A DNA stretch of 64,000 nucleotides, taken from assembly GCA_004764695.1 (NCBI GenBank), contig SMSO01000032.1:186001-250000 (forward strand), written 5' to 3'. The notes below the pieces were generated by a model that worked only from the letters and a program-made list of their open reading frames with translations, made no database searches and was not told where the DNA came from. The number at the start of each line of letters is the position of its first letter. Position 1 is the stretch's first letter. Position numbers and translations under genes: made by a program. Of the stretch, positions 11,069-21,213 are shown in pieces. Source of the stretch: Schizochytrium sp. TIO01 (taxonomy: Eukaryota > Protista > Bigyra: Labyrinthulomycetes).

Positions 11069-11083
11069 GGGGGGGGGGGGGGG
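11069..11083. repeat. G15 homopolymer
   Basis: 15 G, about 35 nt past the MLH1 stop (poly-C in the sense 3' region). Confidence 0.9.
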
Positions 11084-11117
11084 TCTTCAGAAAGTGTGAT
11101 TAGCGTGATAATAAGAA

Positions 11118-13868
11118 CTAGCAACGCTCGAAGATCTTGTAAAGCTTCTCAAGAGCTGCGACCTTACGAAAGACTCCGGCTTCTGGACGCGCATGATCCT
11201 CACTTGGCATTAGCTTTTTCATATGAGGCATGATAATGTTTTTGAAAATATATCTTCGATCAGTTCTGTCATGTCTCCAGGCATCTGATTCATTGAATGT
11301 ACGCCTCTGGTCTTCAGACAATGGACCAATATCGCTATAATACAGAGCAATCTCCTCAGCTAAGGTTGCAAAACATCCACGTTCATCGTACCACTCCACG
11401 CTCTCAACGATGCGTAGTAGAAATACCGGAAGCGAAACGGCACGCGGCACATGGCCGGGTAAGACCTCTGGTAACGAACGAAGGGTCTTTGATTCGGCAT
11501 CAATATGAATGCGAAAGTATTCCTCCAACATACTGGCGCGCTCTACTAAGAAATTTGCCAAATGGGAAGGATCAGGGGACTTGCCAACACTCTCCATTCC
11601 ATTTGCTCGGCTTGACAAATGGCGTTTGTGTCGTGCTTGTAAAGCGATCCGAAGAGCTTCTTCAAGGTTCACAGGCTGGTCTAGCACGATTCTTTCAAAT
11701 TGGCCAAAATCTCGAAGCACCTGCTGGTAAAACAGTTCCTGAGTTAATTGAGCAATATCCAGGATGTACAAACCTGTGTTAACTTGCACCAAACAAAGGT
11801 TTTCGTCAACCCATCCCACAAAAACAAGGGTTTTCAACATTTTAGTCATTGCATCATGTTTTCTACCTTCAAACTCGTTCACCAAACCTCGCACACTTGC
11901 GAGAGTAAGTGCTTCTTCTGTCATGTTGTCATCAAACTTATACGAGGGTCGAATTCGGCTGTTTGGCTCTGGAGGAGTATCAATTGAATCTGTAGACGCA
12001 GCAGCAAGAGCAAACGTCGGTGGGTCGATTCCGTTGAGGCTACGACGAGAAGTTGTGGTGACAATCTTTTTCTGCGAGCTGCCCCCCTGGCTGAGAAATG
12101 CATCGAGACCTTTTGCACGATGGTCTGTTCTGACTAATTTCTCAGGCCGGTACGCAGGTTTTTTCTGCATCTGTGATGCCGATGTCATTCGCGATACTCC
12201 ACTGACTTGACTTGCTGTATCGGATAGTCTTCGCTTCAGCATTGACTTGCGTGGCGTACTTAGAGGGTCATTGTTATTGCGTTTAGAGTTTTCTTCAAAG
12301 TCCTCGTCATCATCATTAACGCAATCTTCCTGAGCTAAAGACGTCGGCACATTGTTGTTTCGTTCTGCATCATTCTCGTTCACAGCAACATTAGAAACGG
12401 GAACGTCTTCATTTGACTGACCTCGCATGGATCTTGCATCGCTATTGGCATCTTCATTTCCGGCGGATATCTGGCTTTGAGCTCTTTGCATTCCGACTGA
12501 CATTTTGCTAGAACCAGGTGCATCTCCGTCTTCGCAATTGATTTGGCTGGACTGCGAAGATGCCACGTGGAGAGTTTGTTGCGTGTAGAAAACACGAGAA
12601 CTGTTCGCGTTGGCGAGTTTGTCACGGATCCCCTGAACAATACGCCCCACAACAAGGTCCTCATCAAGAAAGTGAACTTCGCGCTTTGTTGGATGAACAT
12701 TTACGTCAATGCGCTGAGGCGGAAGCTCAATAGATAAATAGACAAACGGGTACGTGCCTTTCGGTAGATATTCGTTGTAAACACCTTCAATAGCCCGCTT
12801 TAGGCTTGAACACTGTACGAGGCGGTGGTTAATGAAGAAGATATAAGTACTCTTTTTCTTATTGTAGTTCGCGTTGGACACATACCCAGAGTAAGACCAG
12901 CATGGCTCATTACTTGATTCTTCACCATCGTTTATTGCGTCCACAGGAAAGGTATCATCCGCATCATCCTGGGAGTCTACCGTGGTGAGGCGAGGTAAAT
13001 CACCTTTACATTCTTCTTGAATCGGCACCACTTCTTGCGCTACAAAAGATCCGTATACTGTGCGAATGTTGTCGAGCTTTGAATCTACTTCGCGCGTATG
13101 CAAATCAGGTGTAGAGCTTGCAGACTTCCTGCATACAAAGCCCACGCCACGATACACAGCTTTTTGCTGTTGCTGCTGTTGCTGCAGTTGTTGTGCCTCA
13201 AGATTCTTTTGCTTTTCTTCCTCAGTGAGACCTTTGTGAATGGCATATTTGGACACCACGTCCAAGATTCGAGCATACTCATCAGCAGCATTGCGCAATG
13301 CACGTTTGCGGGCAGGAACATTAAAAAAGAGGTCATCTACCGCAATCGTAGTGCCCACCGTGCCTGCCATGGGCCTTGGTGCTGCCTTCTTACCAGGCCC
13401 TGGTGGTACAATTTTGCCATCTCCATAGGTTGCACGATACGCTACAGGCTGTTCTGCAGTCTTAGACGTGATTGTCACGCGTGATACATGGGAGATACTG
13501 GCGAGGGCTTCTCCACGGAACCCATATGTGCCTATCTGCTCGAGGTCTTCAAACTCTTTAAGCTTGCTTGTGTAAAACCTTTCGCAAACTACCGCGAGGT
13601 CAGCGTACCTGATGCCCTTGCCATTATCTTGAATTGAGAGTTGTTTGAGGCCTCCTGAGTTTGCCGTAACCTTAATTGAGGTAGAGCCAGCATCAATGGA
13701 GTTTTCCAGCATCTCTTTCACAGCTGAAACAGGTCTGTGAATGACCTCTCCTGCAGCAATTCGGTTCACGACTTCATCACTTAATCTCGAAATTGTTGTT
13801 TGTTTGGAAGGGTCCTCGTTGGCATCTGCTTGAGAAGAGTTCCCTGCTGCTCCGGCGTGGCTCATCAT
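11118..13868 (-). CDS. MLH1: DNA mismatch repair protein MLH1
   Basis: VVNRIAAGEVI, KEMLENSIDAG, DNGKGI, GFRGEALASIS, DVNVHPTKREV, LVRTD and the C-terminal LYKIFERC. Likely start is the ATG at 13868 rather than the GTG at 13892. Confidence 0.97.
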   Translation of the reverse strand: MMSHAGAAGNSSQADANEDPSKQTTISRLSDEVVNRIAAGEVIHRPVSAVKEMLENSIDAGSTSIKVTANSGGLKQLSIQDNGKGIRYADLAVVCERFYTSKLKEFEDLEQIGTYGFRGEALASISHVSRVTITSKTAEQPVAYRATYGDGKIVPPGPGKKAAPRPMAGTVGTTIAVDDLFFNVPARKRALRNAADEYARILDVVSKYAIHKGLTEEEKQKNLEAQQLQQQQQQQKAVYRGVGFVCRKSASSTPDLHTREVDSKLDNIRTVYGSFVAQEVVPIQEECKGDLPRLTTVDSQDDADDTFPVDAINDGEESSNEPCWSYSGYVSNANYNKKKSTYIFFINHRLVQCSSLKRAIEGVYNEYLPKGTYPFVYLSIELPPQRIDVNVHPTKREVHFLDEDLVVGRIVQGIRDKLANANSSRVFYTQQTLHVASSQSSQINCEDGDAPGSSKMSVGMQRAQSQISAGNEDANSDARSMRGQSNEDVPVSNVAVNENDAERNNNVPTSLAQEDCVNDDDEDFEENSKRNNNDPLSTPRKSMLKRRLSDTASQVSGVSRMTSASQMQKKPAYRPEKLVRTDHRAKGLDAFLSQGGSSQKKIVTTTSRRSLNGIDPPTFALAAASTDSIDTPPEPNSRIRPSYKFDDNMTEEALTLASVRGLVNEFEGRKHDAMTKMLKTLVFVGWVDENLCLVQVNTGLYILDIAQLTQELFYQQVLRDFGQFERIVLDQPVNLEEALRIALQARHKRHLSSRANGMESVGKSPDPSHLANFLVERASMLEEYFRIHIDAESKTLRSLPEVLPGHVPRAVSLPVFLLRIVESVEWYDERGCFATLAEEIALYYSDIGPLSEDQRRTFNESDAWRHDRTDRRYIFKNIIMPHMKKLMPSEDHARPEAGVFRKVAALEKLYKIFERC

Positions 13869-14766
13869 GGCGCTTGCGAAAAGCAATAACACCCAAGCCG
13901 TTCAAAACTTGGTTGAACGAACTAAAATAGAACAAAGACGTACCAGTTGCCTTCGCTTATACTCTTCTTCGATGTCTCGCTTGACGCTTGCGTGTCGTCT
14001 GCTGTGGAGAACGAGCTCTTCTCCTGATTTAGGTCAGGTCGGTGGTCGTTGAGTTGCGCTTTTGTTGTTCAAAATATTTATAAAATATTTATTTTATAAA
14101 ATGTTCTTTCAAACAGAGAGTTTTTCTTCTCTTCATTTTCCCGTCGCTTCTTTGTCTTCTGACTTTCAAGTTTGTGCTGTAATGGAGGCTTCTTCTTATG
14201 TGCGGTGGATTATTCGCCGAGATAAAATGTAGGTGGAATCATCAATGACATCATGGCTGGTAAAAAGGGGAACTTCAGAAATGGAAATCTTGATTCAGAA
14301 GATAGTGGTTACCGTCATGGAGAGGTACATTATCGTACAGAGAAGCAGCAGAAATCATGTGACATAGTATAGTGTGCTCGCGCCTCCAATGACTCATGCG
14401 GAGTAACTAGTTTATCTTAAGTTTTTGTTTTGTCTGGAAGAGATTCTTGAATTTTCAGCTACCGAAGACTCCGTCGCATTCAAGCTTCACAATTCTATGT
14501 GGAGTGTAACAAAACTCAAAATTCATGAATGTCGAAGTACTGGGTAGCTCAGTTTCTTTTAAAAAGACGATATACAATTAAAGCAGTCGTAAATTCACAC
14601 AGGTATCATCGTGTAGTTTGGTTGTAGCGAAAGAAAAAAAATATTACGAATAATACGTGAATGGCACACTAGATTGCTAACTAGAAAAATACGAACGTTG
14701 CCATGAGCAAAGCTATGGCAGAGTGAGGAAGGGACCTCCCTGGATAATGCTAGAGGTAACATAAGT

Positions 14767-16347
14767 TTACTGATGAGAAGCAGCAGGTGTAGAACTGAGG
14801 CGGATGAGCTCCTCAGCAACACGCTCGACGGCATGCTCAAGGTCATCAGCAGGCAATTCGAGCACGGGGCTTTCCTCCAGCAAGCGGTCGCTTTCCTCCA
14901 CATTAGTACCAACAATACGAACAACCACGGGCAGATCAAAGTAGCATTCATTGTCAGCCTCAATAATGCCCCGCGCAACAGCATCGCAAGGTGTAGAGCC
15001 ACCAAAAATGTTTAAGAGAAGCACCTTGACTTGAGGGTCATTGCGCAAAATACGAATCGCAGTTGCCACAGCCTCCTCAGGATCAACATTGGGGCTGCCG
15101 ACATTAACAATAGGACCGGAAGAAATCCCTGCGTTTGCCAGCATATCCATGGTAGCCATGGCCAAACCAGCACCGTTCACAATGCAGCCAACAGGACCCT
15201 GAAGAGGAATGAATCCCAAACCCGCTTCACGAGCTTGCTGATTTCCCAGATGCACATCATCAGGGTCGTATGCTTTGGAGGCAAGTTCGCGCTGGCGATC
15301 GAGTGCATAATCATCAAGAATCAGAGTGACCTCGGAGCATGTGACTTCTTGGCGACCTCGTGAGGCGTCAATCGCAGCACGTGCCTCCACCTCAGCCAGG
15401 CTCGAGGTCTCAAGCCGCACAGCATCAGAACCAATGAACATGGCGTAGAGGTTTTCCAGCTGAGACTGTGCGCTTGCTTGGTTGTTTGTTTGAAAGCCCA
15501 TGCGACTCACGATACTCGAGAGCTGTGCTTCGCTTGGACCGTAGACAATATCAATGGTGTCCTGTACACGAGGTGGTTGGACCTCGGGATCCTCATCCTC
15601 GCGCTTGATGCGTTGCCCGCACAGAACCGGTCCACGTCGTCCGACCTCAAGCGAGATTGATACGCGATATTGTTGCACGGGTTTAACGACCTCTTCCACG
15701 GTCACTGTGATCTTAGGTTCCTGAGACTCAGTTTGGGTCTCTTCCTTGTCCATCTCCGGTTTGGAGTCTGTGCTTGATGTTTGTGTTTCGTTTTGAGGTT
15801 CCTCAGGGGTCCGTGATGTTGATTCTGAGTTTGCTGTATTTGTAGCCTCTTGGTTTTCTTGCCCAAGGTCAAGATTTACAGTTTGCGTTTGTTGACCTTC
15901 TGTAGCCTCACGGGTTCCGGCATTTCTGGCCTCCTGCTGACGCTCGTGTTGACGCTCAGCCTCCTCAGACTCCCTCCCAAACCATTCCCTGAGCACCTGT
16001 CCAATGATCTTGGTGTCGCTGCTTTCGACGGGGTCTTTTCCGTTGCTGCTAACGCGGAATGTAGCAGCAGAGTTTTCGGCACGAATCTCGTCCACGAAGG
16101 ATTGTGCTTTATCGCAGTCCTCGAAGTCCGCGATTTTAGGCACGTTGATGACGTACCTCTCCATGAACTCGCGGCTCGTCCGTCCGCTGATCTGAAGGCC
16201 CCGAACTTGGCCTATGGAGTTCGCAAATGCCTTCGAGGTCATGGTTTTCGAGGCTCTCCTAGGCATCATAACAGCTGCCCGCTGTCCGGACGCCATGGCG
16301 GACCGCCACGCCGCCGAAGCAGCCGAGGCTGCGCCTGCCAGCGTCAT
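14767..16347 (-). CDS. Succinyl-CoA ligase beta subunit-like protein with degenerate ATP-grasp domain and mitochondrial-type presequence
   Basis: C-terminal ligase domain is clear (GCIVNGAGLAMATMD, LLNIFGG..PCD.VARGI, PVVVRIVGTNVE). The N-terminal part lacks GGRGK and EINPL. Ala/Arg/Ser-rich N-terminus. Confidence 0.85.
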   Translation of the reverse strand: MTLAGAASAASAAWRSAMASGQRAAVMMPRRASKTMTSKAFANSIGQVRGLQISGRTSREFMERYVINVPKIADFEDCDKAQSFVDEIRAENSAATFRVSSNGKDPVESSDTKIIGQVLREWFGRESEEAERQHERQQEARNAGTREATEGQQTQTVNLDLGQENQEATNTANSESTSRTPEEPQNETQTSSTDSKPEMDKEETQTESQEPKITVTVEEVVKPVQQYRVSISLEVGRRGPVLCGQRIKREDEDPEVQPPRVQDTIDIVYGPSEAQLSSIVSRMGFQTNNQASAQSQLENLYAMFIGSDAVRLETSSLAEVEARAAIDASRGRQEVTCSEVTLILDDYALDRQRELASKAYDPDDVHLGNQQAREAGLGFIPLQGPVGCIVNGAGLAMATMDMLANAGISSGPIVNVGSPNVDPEEAVATAIRILRNDPQVKVLLLNIFGGSTPCDAVARGIIEADNECYFDLPVVVRIVGTNVEESDRLLEESPVLELPADDLEHAVERVAEELIRLSSTPAASHQ

Positions 16348-16514
16348 GCTCCGTGCGAGTTTCCTCAGGCGACCCTGCCAGATTCGAACCTGCTCGTTTC
16401 CCTGCCGGCGACTCCGCTCGCGCCAGCGATCCCCTTTCGAATTGGCGTTTTGATCGTGGGATTGTGTACTAATCGATTTCCCTACTCATGAAATTGCATC
16501 ATTTCCATCATTCC

Positions 16515-17108
16515 CTTTTTTCTCTTTTCTTTTCTTTTCCTTTTTCTCTTTTCTTTTTTTCTCTTTTCTTTTCTTTTCTTTCAAGTTCCTTCTTCTTTTC
16601 CAATCCAGCTAGATAGTACCTACCTATTATACTAAGCAACCAACTAACTAACCAACTAACTAACTAATTCTTTAGTTCGAGTCCGCTTTTCTTTCTTTCT
16701 CTCTTTCTTTCTTCCCTCTCACAAATTCTTAGCTACATAGCGCATTTGCATAGTAGGTACTAGCTAGGTACCTACTAAACAGGAGCACTAAACAAACAGG
16801 CAAATCATTCGTCACTCTTAGTCAAGTCAACCAAATCATTCAGTTCGCTTTACATTGTAAAACATCGGCATTAATCACGACTGCTCAACAAATCAATCCC
16901 AAAACCAAACCTCCAACATACTTAGCCAATCCAAACCAATCCAATCCAACCAACAATCCAAACCAATCCAAACCAATCCAAACCAAACCAATCCAAAAGA
17001 AAACAAAAGAAAGCAAACCAAAAGAAAGCAAAACAAAACAAAACAAAACAAAACAAAACAAAACAAAACAAAACAAAACAAAACAAAACAAAACAAAACA
17101 AAACAAAA
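16515..17108. repeat. Compound microsatellites: (TTTTC)n, (AACT)n, (CCAAT/AAACC)n, (AAAAC)15 at 17030-17104
   Basis: Tandem repeats seen directly. Confidence 0.95.
16751..16777. promoter_or_regulatory. Near-perfect 27-bp palindrome TAGTAGGTAC-TAGCTAG-GTACCTACTA
   Basis: Perfect 10-bp arms; one added C would make the whole element a perfect palindrome. Confidence 0.5.
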
Positions 17109-17295
17109 GAGAGCTCCTTCCATCCCTCTTTTTCCTTTTCTGCCATCGTGCTCGCATTTCTGCATTCATTCTTCCTGGCGCCGCACCTTCGTGCTGGCTG
17201 GAGCTGCGTTTCGTCTCCGGGCCTTCGCTCTCCTCTGCTCGAGCCGTGGCCTTCGCTTGGCCTTTCCACCGCCCTCCTTCGACGGAGTCGATCGC

Positions 17296-17696
17296 TCAAT
17301 CAATCAATCGCTCAATCACTCAATCGCTCAATCAATCGCACAGACAAACTCCGTCGCGGTCCTCGTCCACGAACATCAACCACGATGTGCTACAGTAAAC
17401 GGTAGCGGGATGCTATCTATCGGGCGCGCCATTCCATGACATCGTTGGCGAAGAGAGCAATCGCACGAGACAATTCTTTCTTCTGCGGAGAGCAAGCAGG
17501 CTGTGGAAACTGAGGCCTTGAATCGAGAAAGCGGACTGGCACGGAGCCGAGACTGCACCTCGGCTGCGCCTCCTCTGCCGCCAACGCCCCGCGCCGTCGT
17601 CTGCAGCTTTCTCCTGCTCGCGGGCGACTTCGAAGCAGCTTAGTTTGTTTGTCTCCAATTCCTCTTTTTAGCTGAGAAGAGCTTTTTCTTTCTTTA

Positions 17697-17752
<56 letters not shown>

Positions 17753-20409
17753 GTTGTGGTGATAAATGAATGAATGAATGAATGAATGAGTAAATTGCAG
17801 AAACAAGCCCATTTTTCTCGCACGCTGTTCGATCGCACGGGCATGGCCGCTGATATCACCGACGGTACAACTGGGTCTTCTCGAGGTCCCTCTTCGCAGC
17901 CTGCCGTGGCCCAGGTCCCGAGGCTCTCGGTGCCTTTGGCTGCAAATCTTGAAAAGAAGAAAGTCCCTGAATTTGCGGAGAGGCTCACGAATGAATTATG
18001 ATTATAAAAGTTTTTATAGTAATTATTATTATTATTTTATCTCTTTACAATTACAAAAACAAACAGATCAAAAGAATTAAACAAAGAAACAAAGAAACAA
18101 AGGAAGAACCATAAATAGGTCAATCAAATCATCGAATCGTCCAACGAGTCGGCATCATGTGCTTCGCATGGACCTGAAGTGTCTCTCTCTCTCGTTCTTC
18201 GGTTCTTCGCCTTCCCCATCACCCGCAAGCGACCTCGACCTCCTCCATCCCCCACCAGCGAGGCGTGTTCGTTGCTCTGGTTGTCGAGGTTGCCCAAGCT
18301 TTGTCATGCGCATCCTCCATGGCGGTCTCGCTTGCTTCCTCGCTCGCTCGCCCCGGCCTGCAGCGTCGCCAAACCTGCTGCTGGCACTGCCTCCGATGTC
18401 CAGCCGTGTCTCTGCAGCTCGCGAGTCTCCGCGTCGAGTTCGAGGCTACTGGAGACGGCGCGAGAATCGATGAGTTCTTAGATTTACAAGGACAGAACTG
18501 CACAATTAATGAGCAAAACAGCGGCCTGGACGGACTCTCTCTCGATCCCGTCGAGACGCCTCAAGGTTGAGGTTTCCGCTCCACCGGAGGAGAGTCAGCA
18601 TACCTGCGAGCGAGCCTGACGCTGCGACGGCTTTGGAGCCCGGGTCGTCGTGGGAGATCAGGATTCGCGATAGATAGTCAATATCGTCCGTCCATGAACT
18701 TGATTCGAGCGAGGTTTTCATTTCTACTGCTTTGTCTGTGTTAATGTGTGTACGTGTGTATTACAGTGCTAAAGCTCCAAATTTTTAATTTGATGTTTTT
18801 CAGTCTGAAAGAAAACACTTTCGAACTCAAGTTCTGTGTAACCTAAGGAAGAAGAACCTGGAGAAAGAAATGGTTGAAGAGCAGATGGAAAGCAAAGATG
18901 GCATTCATTGCACTCATTGCATTCATTGCATTCATTGCGTTCATTGCATTCATTACATTCGTTTCCTCGGATTGGCTGAAAGAGCAAAGCTTTCACCGCG
19001 GGACACGATCACTCGCTCGCAATGAGTAACCGAGAAGCTCCACGCGAGGAACGCGCAGCAGGGCAGGCCCAAGAAAGCTGCAGGAGCCTTCTCCCAGCAC
19101 CTGCGCGAGGAACAAGTCTGTGGAGCCGAGATGAATCGAGTTCGCAAAATGAATGAATGAATGATTGCTTTTCCTTTTACACTCGTTCAGAATCCACGCA
19201 CCTCAAGCAAAACGTCTGCACAGTACAAAACTCGTTCAAACGTGAGTGACCCTCTTCAAGTCGAACTCGAGCCCAAGCCCAACAAAGATCTTCGGGCCGC
19301 CACGAGATTGCCGCAGACTTGGCCAATGGGCATCTCCAGCGCAGGCACGCTCACCTTCACAGTTGCCGCCAACCAGCAGAAGCACGATCGTCGCCCGTGC
19401 TGCATATGGACGCCATCGAGATCACGATGGCCATGCCTGCCCGAATCAGATTGGATCTCTCGACGGCTCGTTGGACCCTCGCCAAGAAGCGCAGCACGAA
19501 GCTTTGCCTGAACCAGGGTGCCACAAGTACGGACGCACAAGTTCTTCGGGTTTCTTCCTGTGAATCTTGTCAACGCCAAGGATGCCGAGATTGGTCGAGA
19601 GTTGCTTAGTTCATCACGTCACGCCCAGCGAGGAGACCGCCATCGCTGCCAAGCCTTGCACCCTCGCCGCCAAGCCCCGCCGCGATGCCGCGACGCTGGT
19701 CGCTACGACGAGCGCAAGCGCTACCGACGATCGACCGTGCACAGTGCCCAGGTGCCGGATCGGGACCCACTCAATGATAGACCGCAAAGCTTCTCGAGAC
19801 CCTCGTCAACATCGTGGTCTCGCTGCTGCGACACGAGCGTGCTTTGCCAGCAGCTGTATGTCTGTCTGTACCCAGCAGGCCTCGAGAACGGCGTTGAAAA
19901 CGGCCTCGAGAGCTGCTTGCTGAATGGCAAGCGCAATTCCACGGTCTCGTGGTAGATCTCCGGAGACGCCGCCGGAATGCTTGTCCCCGCCGTCCAAAGT
20001 CGGCCTCCAAGCCGTGCTCGAGTTCGAGTTGAAGAAAGCGCTTCCTTCGTCCTTTCGATTCACCGTGGACTGCGATTGCCGCTGGCGCCGAACCCGCCAG
20101 AGTTGGCAGTCTACCGCCCCGAGAACGGCGCCATCTTGGAAAGGAAGACACGGCAAAGTTCCGCATCGTGACCATGAATTATATTTGTTATCACAGCCAG
20201 GTAACAGGTTTGCCTGAGTGCTTCATGTCGAGCGGCGAGGCTGCGCGCTTGAGCAGCAACGGCGCCTTGGACATCGCGGTGAACCTGTCCAATCGATTGA
20301 GACCGCCGCTTCGGAGTTGTGGGCTTTGCAGGAGATTCTGATCGACCTGGCAAAACGATCTCCCTTCGCCATCTCTCGATGAGCGAGTGAGTGACAGTTT
20401 ATGCGTCGC

Positions 20410-20443
<34 letters not shown>

Positions 20444-20686
20444 CGCTTGCTTCATGGCAGCTGCGGTGGCCGCGGGTCTTCAAGTCGTGGGGGTCTCCGT
20501 CTACCTGAGATCGTGAGAACGTAGGTAGCGAGCGCATCGACACAGAAGCGGAGATTGAAGCAGTCGATTCCTTAGTACCTTAGCTATTCTGTGGTACTGT
20601 TAATTAGGCAGTAGAAGTTTGTATTTTAATTCTAATTTTAATTTTAGTTTTAGTTTTAGTTTCAGTTTTAGTTTTAGTTTTAGTTT
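17296..20686. repeat. Dispersed microsatellites: (TCAA)n 17296-17337, (TTTC/TTTG)n 17695-17751, (AATG)n 17765-17788, (GCATTCATT)x~6 18901-18960, (TTAG)x8 20411-20443, (TTTTAG)n 20622-20686
   Basis: Tandem repeats seen directly. Confidence 0.9.
19230..20215 (+). pseudogene. Frameshifted coding-like remnant of unknown origin
   Basis: GC3-rich protein-like segments in alternating frames (ISSAGTLTFTVAAN; VLHMDAIEITMAM; THKFFGFLPVNLVNAKDAEIG; KLLETLVNIVVSLL; GLQAVLEFELKK). No continuous ORF. Confidence 0.4.
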
Positions 20687-21213
20687 TTTTTTGTTTGTAA
20701 CATACAATCAATAAAGGACAAAGGAGGCTCCGCATGCATTACCTGCAAAGCGACTATGAAGTTGAGGCGACATCTTCGATTTATGAAAAAAGCGCCCCAG
20801 CTGTGGCACAAGGTCTGCAGGCGAGCCCGTGGCTGGCATCCCAGGTCACAGTTAACGGAGCCTCTGCGGCTGGTACGAAGTCTTCAGTTTCATCGCGGAC
20901 AAGGCACGATGGATGACCCTCGTGAGTGTGCACAACCAAGAAGTTGGATGATATCTTAGAAGCGACTGTAATTACGCCCCTATGAACGGCTAAGGGTTTG
21001 CTAAGACGGGCACGTGCCCAACTGGACTTCACGTTTTCATGGTTTCTGATACTCTGGCCCGGTCCCTACATCAGCGACACCAAGAATGGCCTGTGAACAG
21101 TAGTACCATGACCTCGAACTGAAAGCTGCGCTGGTAGCAGACAAGACGCACGCCCATTGTGCAGGCTTGACCTGTGGGTGACGTACTGTCAGGAAGCCTG
21201 AAGACGATTCACG

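Noticed and set aside
16674-16685. B-box-like AGTTCGAGTCC suggesting a tRNA or SINE
   Set aside because: No A box, cloverleaf or acceptor stem; flanked by simple repeats.
16885-17812. ORFs with FCFVL or KKQR repeats
   Set aside because: Translations of microsatellites.
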